A stretch of 64,000 nucleotides of DNA, taken from the NCBI RefSeq assembly GCF_006345805.1, contig NC_043002.1, positions 93,062,001 to 93,126,000 on the forward strand. The letters run 5' to 3'. The translations under genes and the position numbers were made by a program. A model generated the notes under the pieces. That model searched no databases, had not been told where the DNA came from, and saw only the letters and a list, made by a program, of their open reading frames with translations. This document shows, in pieces, positions 49,889-63,778 of this stretch. Position 1 is the first letter of the stretch, and every line of letters starts with the position of its first letter. This stretch comes from Octopus sinensis. Lineage: Eukaryota.

Positions 49889-50212
49889 ACAAGAGGTAAT
49901 GAATGAAGTAGATAAGATCTGGGCTACATATGTTTCATAGCAAGTGGAACCTTGGAAATGGTAAATATCCAAGTGAGGTGTATACTGCAGGCTACACTTC
50001 AGGCCAAGGATATCTTGATTAAATGAAAGTTTACACTGTCACAAAGAGGAGTGTCTTAACGCTCCATGTGTTAACATGCACCTCCTTGTGACAATGTAAA
50101 CTTTAATTTAATCAAGATATCCTTGGCCTGAAGAGTAGCCTACTTCTGAGGTTCCACTTGCTATGAAACATATATAGCCTGGATCTTATTTACTCCATTC
50201 CTTAATTCTTGT
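49889..50212. repeat. About 320-bp fold-back hairpin
   Basis: Inner stem 49989-50044 vs 50086-50141 is 53/56 complementary; outer stem 49890-49952 vs 50149-50212. Confidence 0.92.
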
Positions 50213-50411
50213 ATTCTTATTCACATACCCGGTGACCCTGGTTGCCTACCATGAAATATGAAAAGAACTCTTTTCAATTTATCGTACTTCAATAAGAAAA
50301 AATCTACAACCTTCCGTTTCAATAAACCACTATTGTCCCTGAAAGTTGTTTTTTTATATTTACTATGGTTTGCTTGAAGTTAATTTTCTTCCTACACTTC
50401 AGTCCTTGGAT

Positions 50412-50459
<48 letters not shown>

Positions 50460-50498
50460 GTGTGTGTGTGTGTGTGTGTGTACATATGTTTGTATATA

Positions 50499-51300
50499 TT
50501 GAGTCATCCCATAAATATTGCGGTTTTTTTCAATTGCATGAACTAAAAGTCAGAGGGGACAGAATAAAGTACCTGCATCAACTTGCAGCTATAAAAGCAG
50601 GTAGAAATTTTACCTTGCCCTTATTCTTAGTGCAAGTTTTGAAGAGTGCAGTTCGATTTTAACAGTTATTTTTTCAAAGCTAAAATAGAAGTGACAAAGG
50701 AGCATATTTGGCATATTTTGCTTTATGAGTTCAATAAAGGCAACAACACAACAGAAAGTACGAGGAATATTAATGCAGTATATGGGGATCAGATAATAAG
50801 CATAAGCCAGTGTCAGTGGTGGTTCCAGAAATTCCAAGCTGGAAACTACAGCCTAGAAGACAAGACTCATCCTGAAAGATCTGTAGAACTTGACAAGGAC
50901 GTCTTGCAAACCCTGATGGAACAAAATCCCATCATTACTGTTGAGAAACTAGCAGAGAAGCTTGGATTTGGTCATTCAACCATTTATCAACACCTGTGTG
51001 CCATTGAAAATGTCAGCAAATTGGGTCAATGGGTTCCTCAAAACTTTCCAAGCCTAACCGCATACAGAGAGTGTATGTGTGCTCTTCTTTGCTGTCACAT
51101 CTCACGAATGAACCATTTTTGGACCAAATAGTGACTGGTAAAGAAAAATGGGTTCTCTATAAAAATGTTAAGTGCTAAAGACAGTGGATAGGGAAAGGAG
51201 AAACACCAGCACCCCAAGCTAAAGAAGGTCTTCACTCACGTAAGGTGTTGTTATCTGTTTGGTGGGATGTGAAAGGTTTAGTCTACTTTGAACTTTTAGA
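50499..51300 (+). mobile_element. 5' two-thirds of a decayed Hsmar1/SETMAR-like mariner
   Basis: Left TIR ttgagtcatcccataaatattgcggtttt. Translation KEHIWHILLYEFNKG..WFQKFQAGNYSLED..KLGQWVP, then KVLLSVWWDVKGLVYFELL; truncated at a (TG)n. Confidence 0.9.
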
Positions 51301-53346
51301 TATATCTGTGTGTGTGTGTGTGTGTATAGTAAGAAAAGGGAGGGAAAGAATTTCAATCATCCCCCACATGGTGTGTTGTAATGCAAAAAAATATGGGATA
51401 TTGATGTAAAGATTAATAACATCAAAGGAAACCCAGAATGTCTCTTCATTAGTTGTTTTTGGTAGACATTTAAGCATATCTAGCTCATCTTCTAATGAAA
51501 CTTTTCATGTATTTCAGCAAGGGTTTCAATAGGATGTCTAGAAAGTTGCTTAGGCAGTGGGTTTCACAGCCTGAGCCAGCTATAATAAGAGTTAACTTTA
51601 AATCATCTGGTGCTAGGATATTTATGTATTTGTTTGGTGATCATTTGCAGGCTTCATTAATTATCTTGCTCTTGTGTATTTTAGGTAAGCTATAAAAAAG
51701 GCTAGGTTTACATTTAAAGTTTGTGATATAATCTATTTCTTTTTCTGTCAGGAAAGGAGTTTACAATTAAAACCAACTTCATTTGTGCATCTGAGAATTT
51801 AATTTATGTTATAACATGTTCAGGTTGTGGACACAACTATATAGGATAGACAAGTATATCACTTAGATGGAGAACCACACTACATAAGGAACAGATCCAG
51901 TTCCTAAGGTATGAACACATAGAGAGATGTACAGGGAATCTCCAACCAAATTTCAGTTTTCCACATCTACCAGTGCAAAAGAACAATTTCTGTACATGAA
52001 TGTTTAAATAAAGAAAATTTATTTATTAAAAAATACAGAACATGCCTAAATATGAATCCATTACCAACTTTGGGCTCAGTATATATTTTAATTCATGATC
52101 ATATATACATCACTGTACATATTTCATCTCACTACTTTAGCTTATGGGATTTTGTATGTTTATTTATCCCACCCCAAAAGTGAGCAATTACCTCCCCTGT
52201 CCGAAGTAATAACTATCACTAATTACCTCCCCTTAGATTTTTCTACTTGTTGATTCATGCACAAACTTTCATACAAGAACATAGACTAAAATATTCTTAA
52301 GAAAAAGCAAAATTACAATAATTTCAATGTCCTGATTAGTGAAAGCAAAACTGGTCAACAACCACAATACTCTTTCATTTAAAATATATTGAAACTATGT
52401 AAGCTGTGTGCATTTTCCTTCTTTTATTACATATATATATGAAAGCATACTAATTTTCTACTAATTATTGAGAGGAAGCAGCAGTAGTTATGACTTGTTT
52501 TTTATTATCCCTCCTAGATTGACAAGATCCTGTTTTAACAACTATAGAATGGTATTTACTGAGAAAGAAATGTTTGTGTAAAGTATTTAGAGTTGGATCT
52601 AGAGTCTGAAATTCATTGAGGACTGTAAAAGGGTCTATGTGTATTAGATGGAGAAATATAGCCATTGTTGAGGCAGAGTCAAGAAAAAACTGTCTTTGGT
52701 TGTAGTGTGTTGCCAGCTGGCTGAACAGCTTTTAGAGGAAGAATACACACTAGAATGTTTATGTGTAGCAGCAGTAGGACCTTCCTAGATGCATGAAGAA
52801 TGCTCTAAATTGGGGCTACAGTCGAGTTTTTGTAAAGGGCCAGCAACTGATCATGGTTAAAGCCTAGCCTTTGGCTTTCAAATATGGCAATGACCTATAT
52901 GTGAGATTGTGAAATGGTTTTGAAAGCTCTAGTTGTGTTGTTCATAGTCAAGAGCCTTACTTTTTTTTTATAATAGTACTGATTGTCTTTGTATTATTGA
53001 TGAAGATATGGTTGAGAAATTTTCATTGGAAGATTTTTTTGTGGATCTCTTTTGATGGAAGTTGTGGATATCTAGCATTAGGTTCTGTGCAGATTACTGC
53101 TGTACAAGAGGAGGGCACACATTACAGAACTTTAAAGTATTCCATAGACTATGTGATGGGAGAGAGCTGGATCATAAGAGGGATGAGTCTGTGAAACATG
53201 TTTAATGTTGTTATCTTGAACGAGAATGAGAATATGATTTTCAATGAGATCACCAAACACAAGGATGGCTACATCATTAAGTAATGTGGGATCATTAACA
53301 TGGCATAAAATGTTCTTTACTATAGTTTACTATAGACGTACACACA

Positions 53347-54543
53347 CTAAACTATATTTTCATTCAATTATTTGATTTACAAAAATTTAAGATTATCATT
53401 TTTCTCCAAGTTACCTATCGTAAATGACATCTTTTACTACCACCATCACAACAACGACGTCACATTTTGTATGTGTTCACACACACACACACACACACAC
53501 TTACAGAATTGATAATATTGAAAACAGTAAAACGTACACACACGAAGTTCAAACAAAAAAGAAATGTAGTCAACACAGGTGCAAAACATACTTTCTGTAG
53601 CATAGTTATGCTGTGAAAAGGTGGAAAGTCACCAATTTAGCAAAAGTTAGTATGCATCACCATGTAAGAAAGTACAGAAAATCAACATTTATTTGGAACA
53701 TGTACTAAATGCTATAAAATTCATAACTGAATGAATGTCAAGGTGAAGAAAGTGAAAGTCCAAGATAATTCAGAAGGCATAATTCAATTTTTCATACAAA
53801 ATTAATTTATCTGACAATTTTGAAATGAACACTGAACCAAGTGTATAAAAAGGAAGATGTTTCTGAACTGTGTAACATTATAGGCTGTAGAATAAATACT
53901 GACTAATGTAGTAAAAAGGTTGTGCGACATTGTGATGAAGAATACAAGGACTGTTAAAAAGACATTATCGTGAAACTGGTTAGAAGGAGTGGAATAACAT
54001 TTCTGTAATTATAATGAAAGAGCTGCTGAGGCTTTCTACTTTGCCAAGTTTCCAAATTTGTTATAATAACCAGAATATTTTTTTTCAGATATATTTGTGA
54101 GTATTGTAAGTGGTGTAAAATCAGCCAAATCTTTATGCTGGTAGTACTTGAAAGTGAATGTTGTTGTTTGTTTGAAGTCCAGGTTGCAAGTAACTTTCAA
54201 TATTGGCACATTTCACTGTTGGGTGGGGGGAAGTTACATACATAAATTAAGAAACACATACACACACACGGACATTAACGCACACCTGAAGCCTATCTCT
54301 GTCTCTGTCTTTAGATGTGTGTGTGTGTGTCAGTTGTCACAAAAATGTATGTATACTGACAGATACACACACCGTCACGCACATATACTTATCAGTCATC
54401 AGCCAAACGTATGTAACGAACATGTGAACACATACAAAATGTGACGTTGTCGTTGTGATGGTGGTGGTAAAAGATGTCATTTACGATAGGTAACTTGGAG
54501 AAATTTTTTGTAAAGCAAATAATTGAATGAAAATACAGTTTAG
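53347..54543. repeat. Inverted repeats of about 120-135 bp (53347-53481 and 54423-54543) around a 940-bp core
   Basis: Reverse-complement match ctaaact.tattttcattcaattatttg ... ctccaagttacctatcgtaaatgacatcttttac ... gtcacattttgtatgtgttcaca with one indel. Confidence 0.85.
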
Positions 54544-55242
54544 TTGGTAGCCAAAAGCTTACTGAATCTTTTGATACCCTATACGTCAAAAACAACAACT
54601 CGGTTTTGGAAAGCATAAAGAACATATGCACACACACTCTTTTATATATATAAGATGATTATTATTATTATTGTTGTTGTTGTTGTTGTTGTTGTTATTA
54701 TTATCATTATCACTATTAAAGTAGCAAGTAAGCACAAGAGACAGAATGCTTTGTGATTTTTTCATATGGTTTTACATTTTGAGTTCAAATTCTACCAAGA
54801 CTGACTTTGTTTTTCATTCTTTCAGGGTCAATAAAATAACTACCAGTTGAGCACTAGGGTTGATATAATCAACTAGCTCCCTCCTTTCCCAAAATTTAAG
54901 GCCTTATGCCTATAATAGGAATTATTATTATTATTATTAGTTGCCAGCTTGAACAGATTTATTTCTTCGCACTATTACTGGTTGTGTCTGGATTACAATC
55001 ATTTCCAAGACAATTTTTCTTTTTTTTTTACTGAATTTGGATTTATTTCTTGTTTTATGTCATGTCAAAAACTTTTACATGGCAAGTTTTATTTCATTGA
55101 TGTTCATAGAGACACACAAACTCTTTTTGAACACTCTCATTGACTTTCTTCATAATGAAGTTAAGCAATAGAGGCAATGCTCCCCTAAACAAAACTGAAA
55201 TTAGTAACACTGTAATTGTATACCAGAATTATTACAAACCTG

Positions 55243-55660
55243 GGATCTTTTCGGTTTGAACGGCAGTTTTTAACATAATTTCTAGGTAACTAAAAAATTT
55301 TAAACTTCGTATACTGGTAGAATGTGTTTATAAAACATCTTTTTCTCTTGGCTTTATTGAGAAAATTCTATGGTTTGTAAGATATTTGTTGTTTTTTTTC
55401 TTCAATTTCCGCAATTTCAACCAATCAGTGACGTCAATTGAGTTAAAAAGCATTCTGTGCCGTATGAATATGTCCCTCATTTAAGAAACATATTGGGTTT
55501 ATTTACATTTGTGAAGAAAAAAAAATATACCCTTCCCCCACCCCTAACCCTAACCCTAAAAGAGATTGAAATGCAATAGATCGATTCTAGGGTCATAATT
55601 ATGGGTGACAATTTCATATCACACTGCTAGAAAAAACTGCCATTCAAACCGAAAAGATCC
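55243..55660 (+). mobile_element. GG-ended MITE, copy 4
   Basis: Same TIRs and body; TSD not recognisable. Confidence 0.9.
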
Positions 55661-55891
55661 CTGATCTGCCAAAATTCTCTTCCATCAGCCTTTTAGAGGG
55701 GGTAACAAAGAATACATTAATAGCATCAATATCACCAGTCTTTGGGAGCTGACAAAAACCATGATCAGAAACCTTTCCTTGAGACCAATCTAATTTTTTT
55801 TAAATGGTTGGCTTCAAAGATGAGTACTCCCATATTCAAATAACAGAAATGAACATTTAAAGTGGCTGAGTATTCTAGGGACTCGTATACC

Positions 55892-56122
55892 TATTTCTTT
55901 ACTACCCACAAAGAGCTAAGCACAGAGAGGACAAACAAGGACAGACAAACGGATTAAGTCGATTACATCGACCCCAGTGCATAACTGGTACTTATTTAAT
56001 CGATCCCGAAAGGATGAAAGGCAAAGTTGACCTCGGCGGAATTTGAACTCAGAACATAGCGGCAGATGAAATACTGCTAAGCATTTCACCCAGCGTGCTA
56101 ACGTTTCTGCCAGCTCGCCGCC
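55892..56122 (-). mobile_element. SINE-A' with 16-bp TSD
   Basis: TSD tagggactcgtatacc (55876-55891) / tagggactcatatacc (56123-56138). Confidence 0.93.
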
Positions 56123-56647
56123 TAGGGACTCATATACCCTTAATATAATTCTCAGGCTGAATCAGGGTATGATAAGATACAATCAACCCTCTTCAGTTTC
56201 ACTTGCAAGAGTTGGGTGGACTAGCAGCTACAGCTGAAGGTCACAAGGAGTGGGATCAAACCCAGGATCTTGTAATTGCAAAGAAAACTTATTAATCACT
56301 CGGCCATGCCTGCATCAATGCTTCCTAATTAATAATGTAGAACAGGGGTCCCCAACTACTATGTCATGGACCAGAACCAGGCTGCACAGAAAGAATCAAA
56401 TTTAAAATTTTATTTCTATTTTATTGACTATCATAATCTGCAGGGTCTTTTTGCATTACATAGGTATTATATATGTGATAATTAAATAATATATTATGCA
56501 CTTTATTGTGCTTCTTCTGTTATGCATGTGGTCTCCTGGCTTGTGGTGCAAAAAAAGTTTGGGTCTATTGATGCAGAATTAAGTGTCTTGATGAAGAAGA
56601 GAAAAAAATGCATCACCTTCAGCCAGTTGCTTCTGTCTTAAAGAACA

Positions 56648-56980
56648 TCTCTCTATATATAAATGGCAAAATGTTTGCGTGTGTTTCCTTTATACAAATC
56701 CACAACTTTTCAGTTAGAGAGCTTGCACTTTCTATGGTCATTCAAAACCGTCCAAGGGTGGTCATGCACATCTTTACATTTCCCCAGTCACCCTGCAAAA
56801 CCATTAAAAAAATCAATAGAAGTGACTTTTTTGTGAATTTTGTATCCAAAACCCAATCAAAATGCCCGAAACTTGATACGCCAATTGAATGCCAGCTAGC
56901 TGTATGTGATTGGTCGGAGATTTGGACAGTATTCACGTATATGTGAGCACTCAGCTGTATATGCATGCACTAGCACTATG
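56648..56980 (+). mobile_element. Helitron-like copy truncated at its 3' hairpin, abutting a decayed MITE-A (56981-57195)
   Basis: Matches 8710-9045 and ends actagcactatg; followed by a MITE-A-like body ending ctaaagagttaa. Confidence 0.8.
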
Positions 56981-58046
56981 TTAGCCATTAAGCATTTAAA
57001 TTACTCTGACAAATGTAATGCTTATAGTGTCACTTTGTTTTGAATTAATTGCATGTTATCTTGTAGCTTCAAGGTTTCTATGATGTGATTTCTTATTTTT
57101 AATATGGCATTGCAGGATAGGTGTGAGAGTCTGGATCTGGTCAGTCAGGGTGAATATTTTTGCTGGATATGGCTGGATTAAAAGCTAAAGAGTTAATTAG
57201 TTACTTAAAAGTATTAGTGATTATTTATTCCCATGAAGGCTCAAAATATTAACAGAAAGAGCCTGAAAAGAAAAAAATACAAAAAAGATGCAGGTGTTCA
57301 AGAAGGTGATGATGACAATGATGATGATGATGATGATGATGAAGAACCCTCATATCTGTTTTAGTGTCAGAATGTCAAGTTATCAGTTGATTCTCTTCAT
57401 GTTAGTTTCCTATTGCATGTCAATATTCAGTGTCACTCTAAAATCAATGTTTATAAAAAAAAAGATCGATTTTTTTATTCATTATATATTTTACTAAAAT
57501 TTTTTTTTTTAGATAAAAAAGAATACTGGATCTCTAGACAACCAATAAATATATAGCAAGATCATATAAATGTAGGTTATTTGCACTGGGAATGTAATTT
57601 CTTGCAGACTAATGCAAGTGCACCAACTGATCTGTGATATTTAATTATAATAAATCAGTGGAAAATAATAGATTTTTTTTTCCTTATTTGATGTTCAACA
57701 TGGGAAACAAAAGAAAAAAACAACAAAACTAAGAACGAAAAGAAACAAACAAAAACGAGGTAGGAGAGAGAAAGCTAGGATAGGAGAAAGTAAATTTTTG
57801 TCAACTACAAAAGAATTATCTTTTATATGAGTGTAAGAGCAAGAAGATTTGTTATTTAGGAACAACGAAAGAAAAAATAATAATAATAATGATTGATTGC
57901 TAATTAATCAAGCTACTATGTTAATTTTATTTTATTTTCCTAGCTTTAAGTAAATTGGAATGTATTATGAAGAAGAGCAAAACATTTTTTTGTTGTTTTT
58001 GTTTTTTTTTGGCATCTGCTAAAAGTTTAGTGTAACTCTTTAATGT

Positions 58047-58170
58047 ATGGAGGTAGCAGCAATGGCGCAGCAGCAAGAGAAAGTTAGAGGACTTTACATG
58101 AAATCTGCTGGCGATTCTACGGCACAAAAGGATACAAATTTGGATAAATCTGTTGAAAAGACTCGTAAAG
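58047..58170 (+). CDS. Candidate first coding exon of an unidentified gene
   Basis: Open frame MEVAAMAQQQEKVRGLYMKSAGDSTAQKDTNLDKSVEKTRK+G ending at a strong donor AAG|gtatgt (phase 1). GC/CpG-richer than flanks, in a TE-poor region. Confidence 0.55.
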
Positions 58171-61100
58171 GTATGTTTTTCCCCCTTTGTTAACTTCATC
58201 TCGACACTAGGATTTTACCTGTGTGATTTTTAAAATTCATCAATGCTTTTTTATTTTTTTTTCAAAAAAATCCAGTTTTTGTTTGTTTTTTTTCTGTCTG
58301 CTGCGCGTTGTTTTCTTTTTTTTTTTGCTTTTTGATATGAAAACAAACAAAATCGAAATCAGAAATTATAGTTTATTTCATTAAACAACACGTTTCTAAT
58401 ACCTAAACTTTTATATCTGTTTCTGTAGAGAGTGGACACTTTCAAAGGCAAAAATCGAAAACCTTTATTCTTAATCATCTGTTGTTGGGTTTTTGCTATT
58501 TATATATATATATTAGATCTACAAAGTCTTAGTTTGTTGTGTGAGAAATGAGGGATCAGTTTGCAACGCAAACCAAGTAACAAACTAATCCCCGTCTTTA
58601 TAACCAGCAATTGTAAACTTAACCATTTTTCTTCTCTTCCTGCGCAGCTTCTTTACGCAACTTGTAGGTTTGGAAGATTTTTTTTTTTTTTCACTTTCTT
58701 GTTTTTACTTATTCTAGTGTCTAATGTTTCTTAGTTCTGGCTCTTCTTCACTAAACGCCACTATCCACATATTACAATTTGGCAATCTTCTAACTTACGG
58801 TCTACCTTTTTGCTTCGTTATCTCCAACCGAAAATGAAGTTTTCTCCTCAACGTGTTTTTCTTTAGGTTTCGACTCGTAAAGATAGCAACATGACCCTTA
58901 TCAATAAAGAATGGTAAATAATGAAACCTTATAAACAAACCATATAAAGCAACGATGTGGAACTGTTCTGTTATAAACCATAAAGATATTAGACGAATGA
59001 TTGTATTGCTTGGGGTGTTTTGTTTTTTTCCAATCCTTTATTAAAAACAATCACAATATTTACACCCTTTTTTGCTTCTTTTATGTTGGTTCTATATATT
59101 TTGGTTGTGTCTTTTGGATACTGGGACCCGATATTTTGAAATGGGCTTTGTCGAAGTTTATGTGTAAATATTTCTTATGTGTAAATGTTTCTTTAAAGTC
59201 AATTATTTTCGTCCCATCTACCTGCGGGATACCATCCGTCTTCGTGATATCCATTCCAGTTACATCTTCATTTTCTGACGAACATTTTAGTCTGCATACA
59301 CAGAAATACGTGAGAATAGAAACCTTCATCTGCAAAATATGTATCTAATTATAGTTTTTAAATCTAATTCCACACTTGAGTCTGGAAGCTGAGAGAGAGA
59401 CTGTTGCCAGAGACTAGAATAGTTTTGAAATATTCTCATCTCGCTATGATTTTCTTAACCGTTTTCTTTCCTATATGTGGTCGTTCGAATTGGTAAAAAA
59501 TAGCAGCCAAATTACCGTAAATCATACCCTCCAGTCTTTAATAAAGGAATGTCACATTGGATAATGTACCTAATCATAAAAGAAATTGAAAAAGGCAGTC
59601 ATCGCCGGAATGCTTTTGACCATAGGTCTCTCAATCAAGGTTGACTTGGGGCTAAACTATAACTGTTTTTTCTCCCCCTAACTGCTCCCATTTCGCCAAT
59701 GGTTATAGGAACAGTTCTTTTATTTGTATAAGGAAAGGTCGTTCTGTTATCTTCAAACGAAGGCATAGACGCCACAGTTTACTTATTACTTTCTTAAGAT
59801 GCCCCTCCCCACTTGTTCAATTAAAGGGGACAGACACAAAGTTTATTATTCTTCCATGATTTTATTACGTTTTTTTTTTCTAGGAGAAAGTGAAACCTCA
59901 TGAAGTATATAAATGACTCATTTTATAAAGATGTTTCACCATGACAGTTTACCGAGGCGAGAAAACAACGAAAGTATTAAAACAAACTGCAAGCGGTATT
60001 CTCGGACAATGCTGATAGAAACAGATACTTGGTCGATGTGTTCAGTGCATGAATCGAACACACACTCACATTTAAATGTATTTTAATGTTATTCGTGTTT
60101 ATAACCTTTACAGAACAATGAATCAAAATCATTGAATGTACATGATAGTTATAGATTGGTAGATAGAATGTAAAAGAGATGAAGAAACCAGTATCTTCTC
60201 GCTTGTGTTGGCATTTTGCCTTACATGTTTTTTTTTTCATGTATTTGTATAGTTTTACTCGCAGACTTTGGCAATAACTAAAGTTGGAATCTCATAGAAG
60301 TTGTTTTCATGTCATCACTAGTACCATCGTTTCTACCTCTCAGATTTCAATTTCTCCCTAAACTCTTTGAAATCAAAGTAGTGGGAATTCGGTTTATTTT
60401 TCTTGTTTAAAAGTACACACGCTCGACGATGTTAAGTAATAGTTTTGATATCGAAAATACAAGTTAGTAGTAGAGAGAGTGTTTGGAATATTACACTGTC
60501 TGGTTCTTGGCAGAACACAAAGAAAAAAAACAACAACAACAAAAAAACAAAACTACCCCCCCCCCAGCAATCTATTATTAAAGACAGTTGCTAGAACATT
60601 TCTTGGAGCAGTTACTGTTTTTGTTATTTATTTTGTGTTGTTGTGGTGGAAGAAGAGAATATTACTAATTAACCCAACACCTTTTTGTTTTTGTTTCTTT
60701 TAGAACTTGGTTTGTTTTTCGCTGGAGTTATTATATTATATACTAGCTATGTTATATTGAAATTCTAATTTCCAATAAATATATATATATATATATATAC
60801 ACCAATACCTTTCTGTTTCCAACAGCTGATTCAAGATGGAACAGTTTACACATGTGGAACCTTGGTTGTTGTTTTAACATGGCTATTTATTTTCAGAGAA
60901 ATAATTTACAAAAGAAAGAAAGAAAGAAAAAAACTAGTTTTATATCATGGAGAAGATAAGAGGTAAAATTGAATAGTATGGATTTTTGCCCTACGTGCTT
61001 ACTACGACTGGCATAATACTTTTTAGAAGACTACATAACTGTTGTTGGTATTAACGTACTTTACCATCATTTGAAGAGAGAGAGACGAGGAGAGAAAGAG

Positions 61101-63309
61101 AGGTTCTAAGTTGCAGTTTGAAAGTTATGATTAATTCTGGCAGCTATTTTTAAATGCACCCTCCCAAAAAACCGATGTTAATGGGTGATGACTAATGTTT
61201 CATATTAATTTCGTTAGAATGTTTTTGGTTTGGTTTTGTTTTGGAAAATATTAATTATTTTTGATTTTCAGTACATATTCTGCATGTAACGGCAAGAAAA
61301 TAGGAAATGTAGTTTCTTTGTTTAGGATATCATGGTAATGTTAAAGTCTGTTTATGAACGGGATATATGAATGCGAGAGTCTGCAAGGAGGATTATTAAA
61401 ACTATTGAATGTATGTATGGATTCTCCCGTTCCTATTATTCTGTATGGAACCCCCAATCTGCCATTCCTGTTATTCCATTTATAGGACAGGGCAATCAAT
61501 AATGGAAAACTTACACCGATAGTGTCAATCACTCGAGCTATGTAGTATCTCAAACTGCTGAAAATAACAGCTAAATCTCTTAGATCACATCATCCCACTG
61601 TTTTAGAAAAGAACACTTTGGATAATGTACTCCCGGGTGAACTTTATGTAGGGAAAAACGGATTTGGGATACCTTTGTTTATAGACCTATTATTCGATCA
61701 GGACCGACTAGGCTAAACAACAACAAATTACTTTAGGTTTCATTCTTCTCTTCAGTTCAGATAATTGATGTATTTCAGTAAATTTTGTTTTCCCACTGGT
61801 ATAGATGAGTAATATAGTAGCGTCTATTGCCAGCTGGGATCGATTTTTTGTTGTTTAAGGGGAGGCTTCATACTCCCTATTGACGATTACAGCACCACTC
61901 AGCTTTGTTTTATTGTCAGTCTTTTTTATAAACTTCCCTCCATTACACCATACATCCTACATACTAGGTTTTATGGGAATTGTATAGACATTATGCGATG
62001 GGTAAGCGCTGCATCCCCCCACCACCATATACACATCTTTCTTGGAAGAGGAGGAGGGGATAGCGACCCCTTCTGTTCATCAAATTGAAACTTTTTTTTC
62101 ATTTAAACAAAGTAAAACGTAATCTTTTAAAAATTTCGCTCGTCATCACAGCATTTCGTCTTTTTAACCGTTCTCTTTCAATATCCCCTTCTTCAAGGAT
62201 AATAACTACTCAAGTATGTTTGTTACAGTTATAGCTGCCCTTTTTCTGCAATGAGATATTGTAAGAAATTTGAGTTGCTTAGAAAGTAACCCAATTTATC
62301 TCTGTATTAAAACCCCTAACTGCATCAAGATTACTGCTAAGGCACTCAACATACATTGAATAGTCATGGCTACAGATGCTGATCTCTAAGTTTCACAACT
62401 ACCAACATAGGATGCAGTGTAAAGTGCTCTAGATTATATAACTGATGAGATGAGATGCTCGATAGTGTACGGGCGTGAATTAAGGTTATGGTGACTTAGC
62501 TTTTCATACTGCCTCGAGTCAATAGACTATATTGAGAAAGGTACCTTATTTTAACTAGTTATACGAGAGGATCAATGTAAGTACCTAAAAAAAGAAGAAA
62601 GTGTAGCTTATGTACTCAAGAGAGATTACTACTGTGAGCATTATAACGTGAATAGATGGTACATTTTTTGTAGATAAGTGTATAAATATACTAAGTGATG
62701 TATAAGTTAGAAGTAGAATGACAAAATATGAATTAGATTTCATACTGGAATATATTATTTCATCTGTGACAAAGAATCAAGAGATACAAAGTTTCTATTC
62801 TTTTATTAGCTTTATTCATTGGACTGCAGCCATGCTGGGACATCACCTCTAAGTATTTTAGCTAACCATATCAACCCCAGTACTTATTTCTTGATCTGTT
62901 TATTGAATGGTTATCTTTTGATAAAGAGATGCAACTTGGCACATGACTCAGTTTCTACAAAGCAATTATAAATGGATCTGTCATCAATTTCAACAATGAG
63001 TTTTACAGTTGTTCAATCAACTGATCTGCTTACTCATTGAATTACAATGCAAGTGGCTGAATATTCCACTGACTTGTGCATTTATGTAATATCACAGTAT
63101 GTCTGGACCATCCAACAAGCTTTGATATAGATTCCATCTACTCAATTTCACTTGCAAGACTTCAGTTGACTTAAAACTATAGTAATAGACGCATACCCAA
63201 GGTACTAAGACAAGATCAAACCCAAGGCCCCATGATTGCAAACCAAACTCTTAACCACTGGACCCTCCCTGCTTCCAAGTTATATAAATATACATCTTCT
63301 TCAATCCCT

Positions 63310-63778
63310 AGCTGGCTACCAGATGGGGTGGCTGTCCGCTCAACCAATGCATTGCTATGGGTGTCATTCCACACTTGGATGGTGTTATTCCAATCCATGG
63401 CACTGACCTTGGTGTGCTTGAGGTCAAGGCACTGTGACTTCAGGTCTTCCTGAATTTGTTTTGCCCATGTCTTCTTTGGTGCTCTGCGCTGGACTCTCCA
63501 GTGGGTGAGTTACTTCTGCCACAAAAGTTGATGTGGTAGTCTTCCAGTGCTCATCTTGCAGAAATGGCCAAACCACTGTAGCCTGTGCTGCCAGACTTGG
63601 TCTTCAATGGTCAACTGTTGCTGCCATTGTTCTCAGATGTTGTTTGAGATTCAGTTGTGTAGAAGATCTGAGGAAGACACTACATTTGGAACACCTTGAG
63701 CTTGTTCAGGTCTTGTTTGAGCATGATTCAGTTCTCTGCACTGTAGAGGACATCAGACCCAGCGTGCACAAAACATGC
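63310..63778 (-). pseudogene. Decayed RTE-clade LINE ORF C-terminal fragment
   Basis: Minus translation QHRLQWFGHFCKMSTGRLPHQLLW..RVQRRAPKKTWAKQIQEDL matches the RTE motif RLRWFGH..RM...R.P......R.RG.P.KTW...I..DL. Confidence 0.85.
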
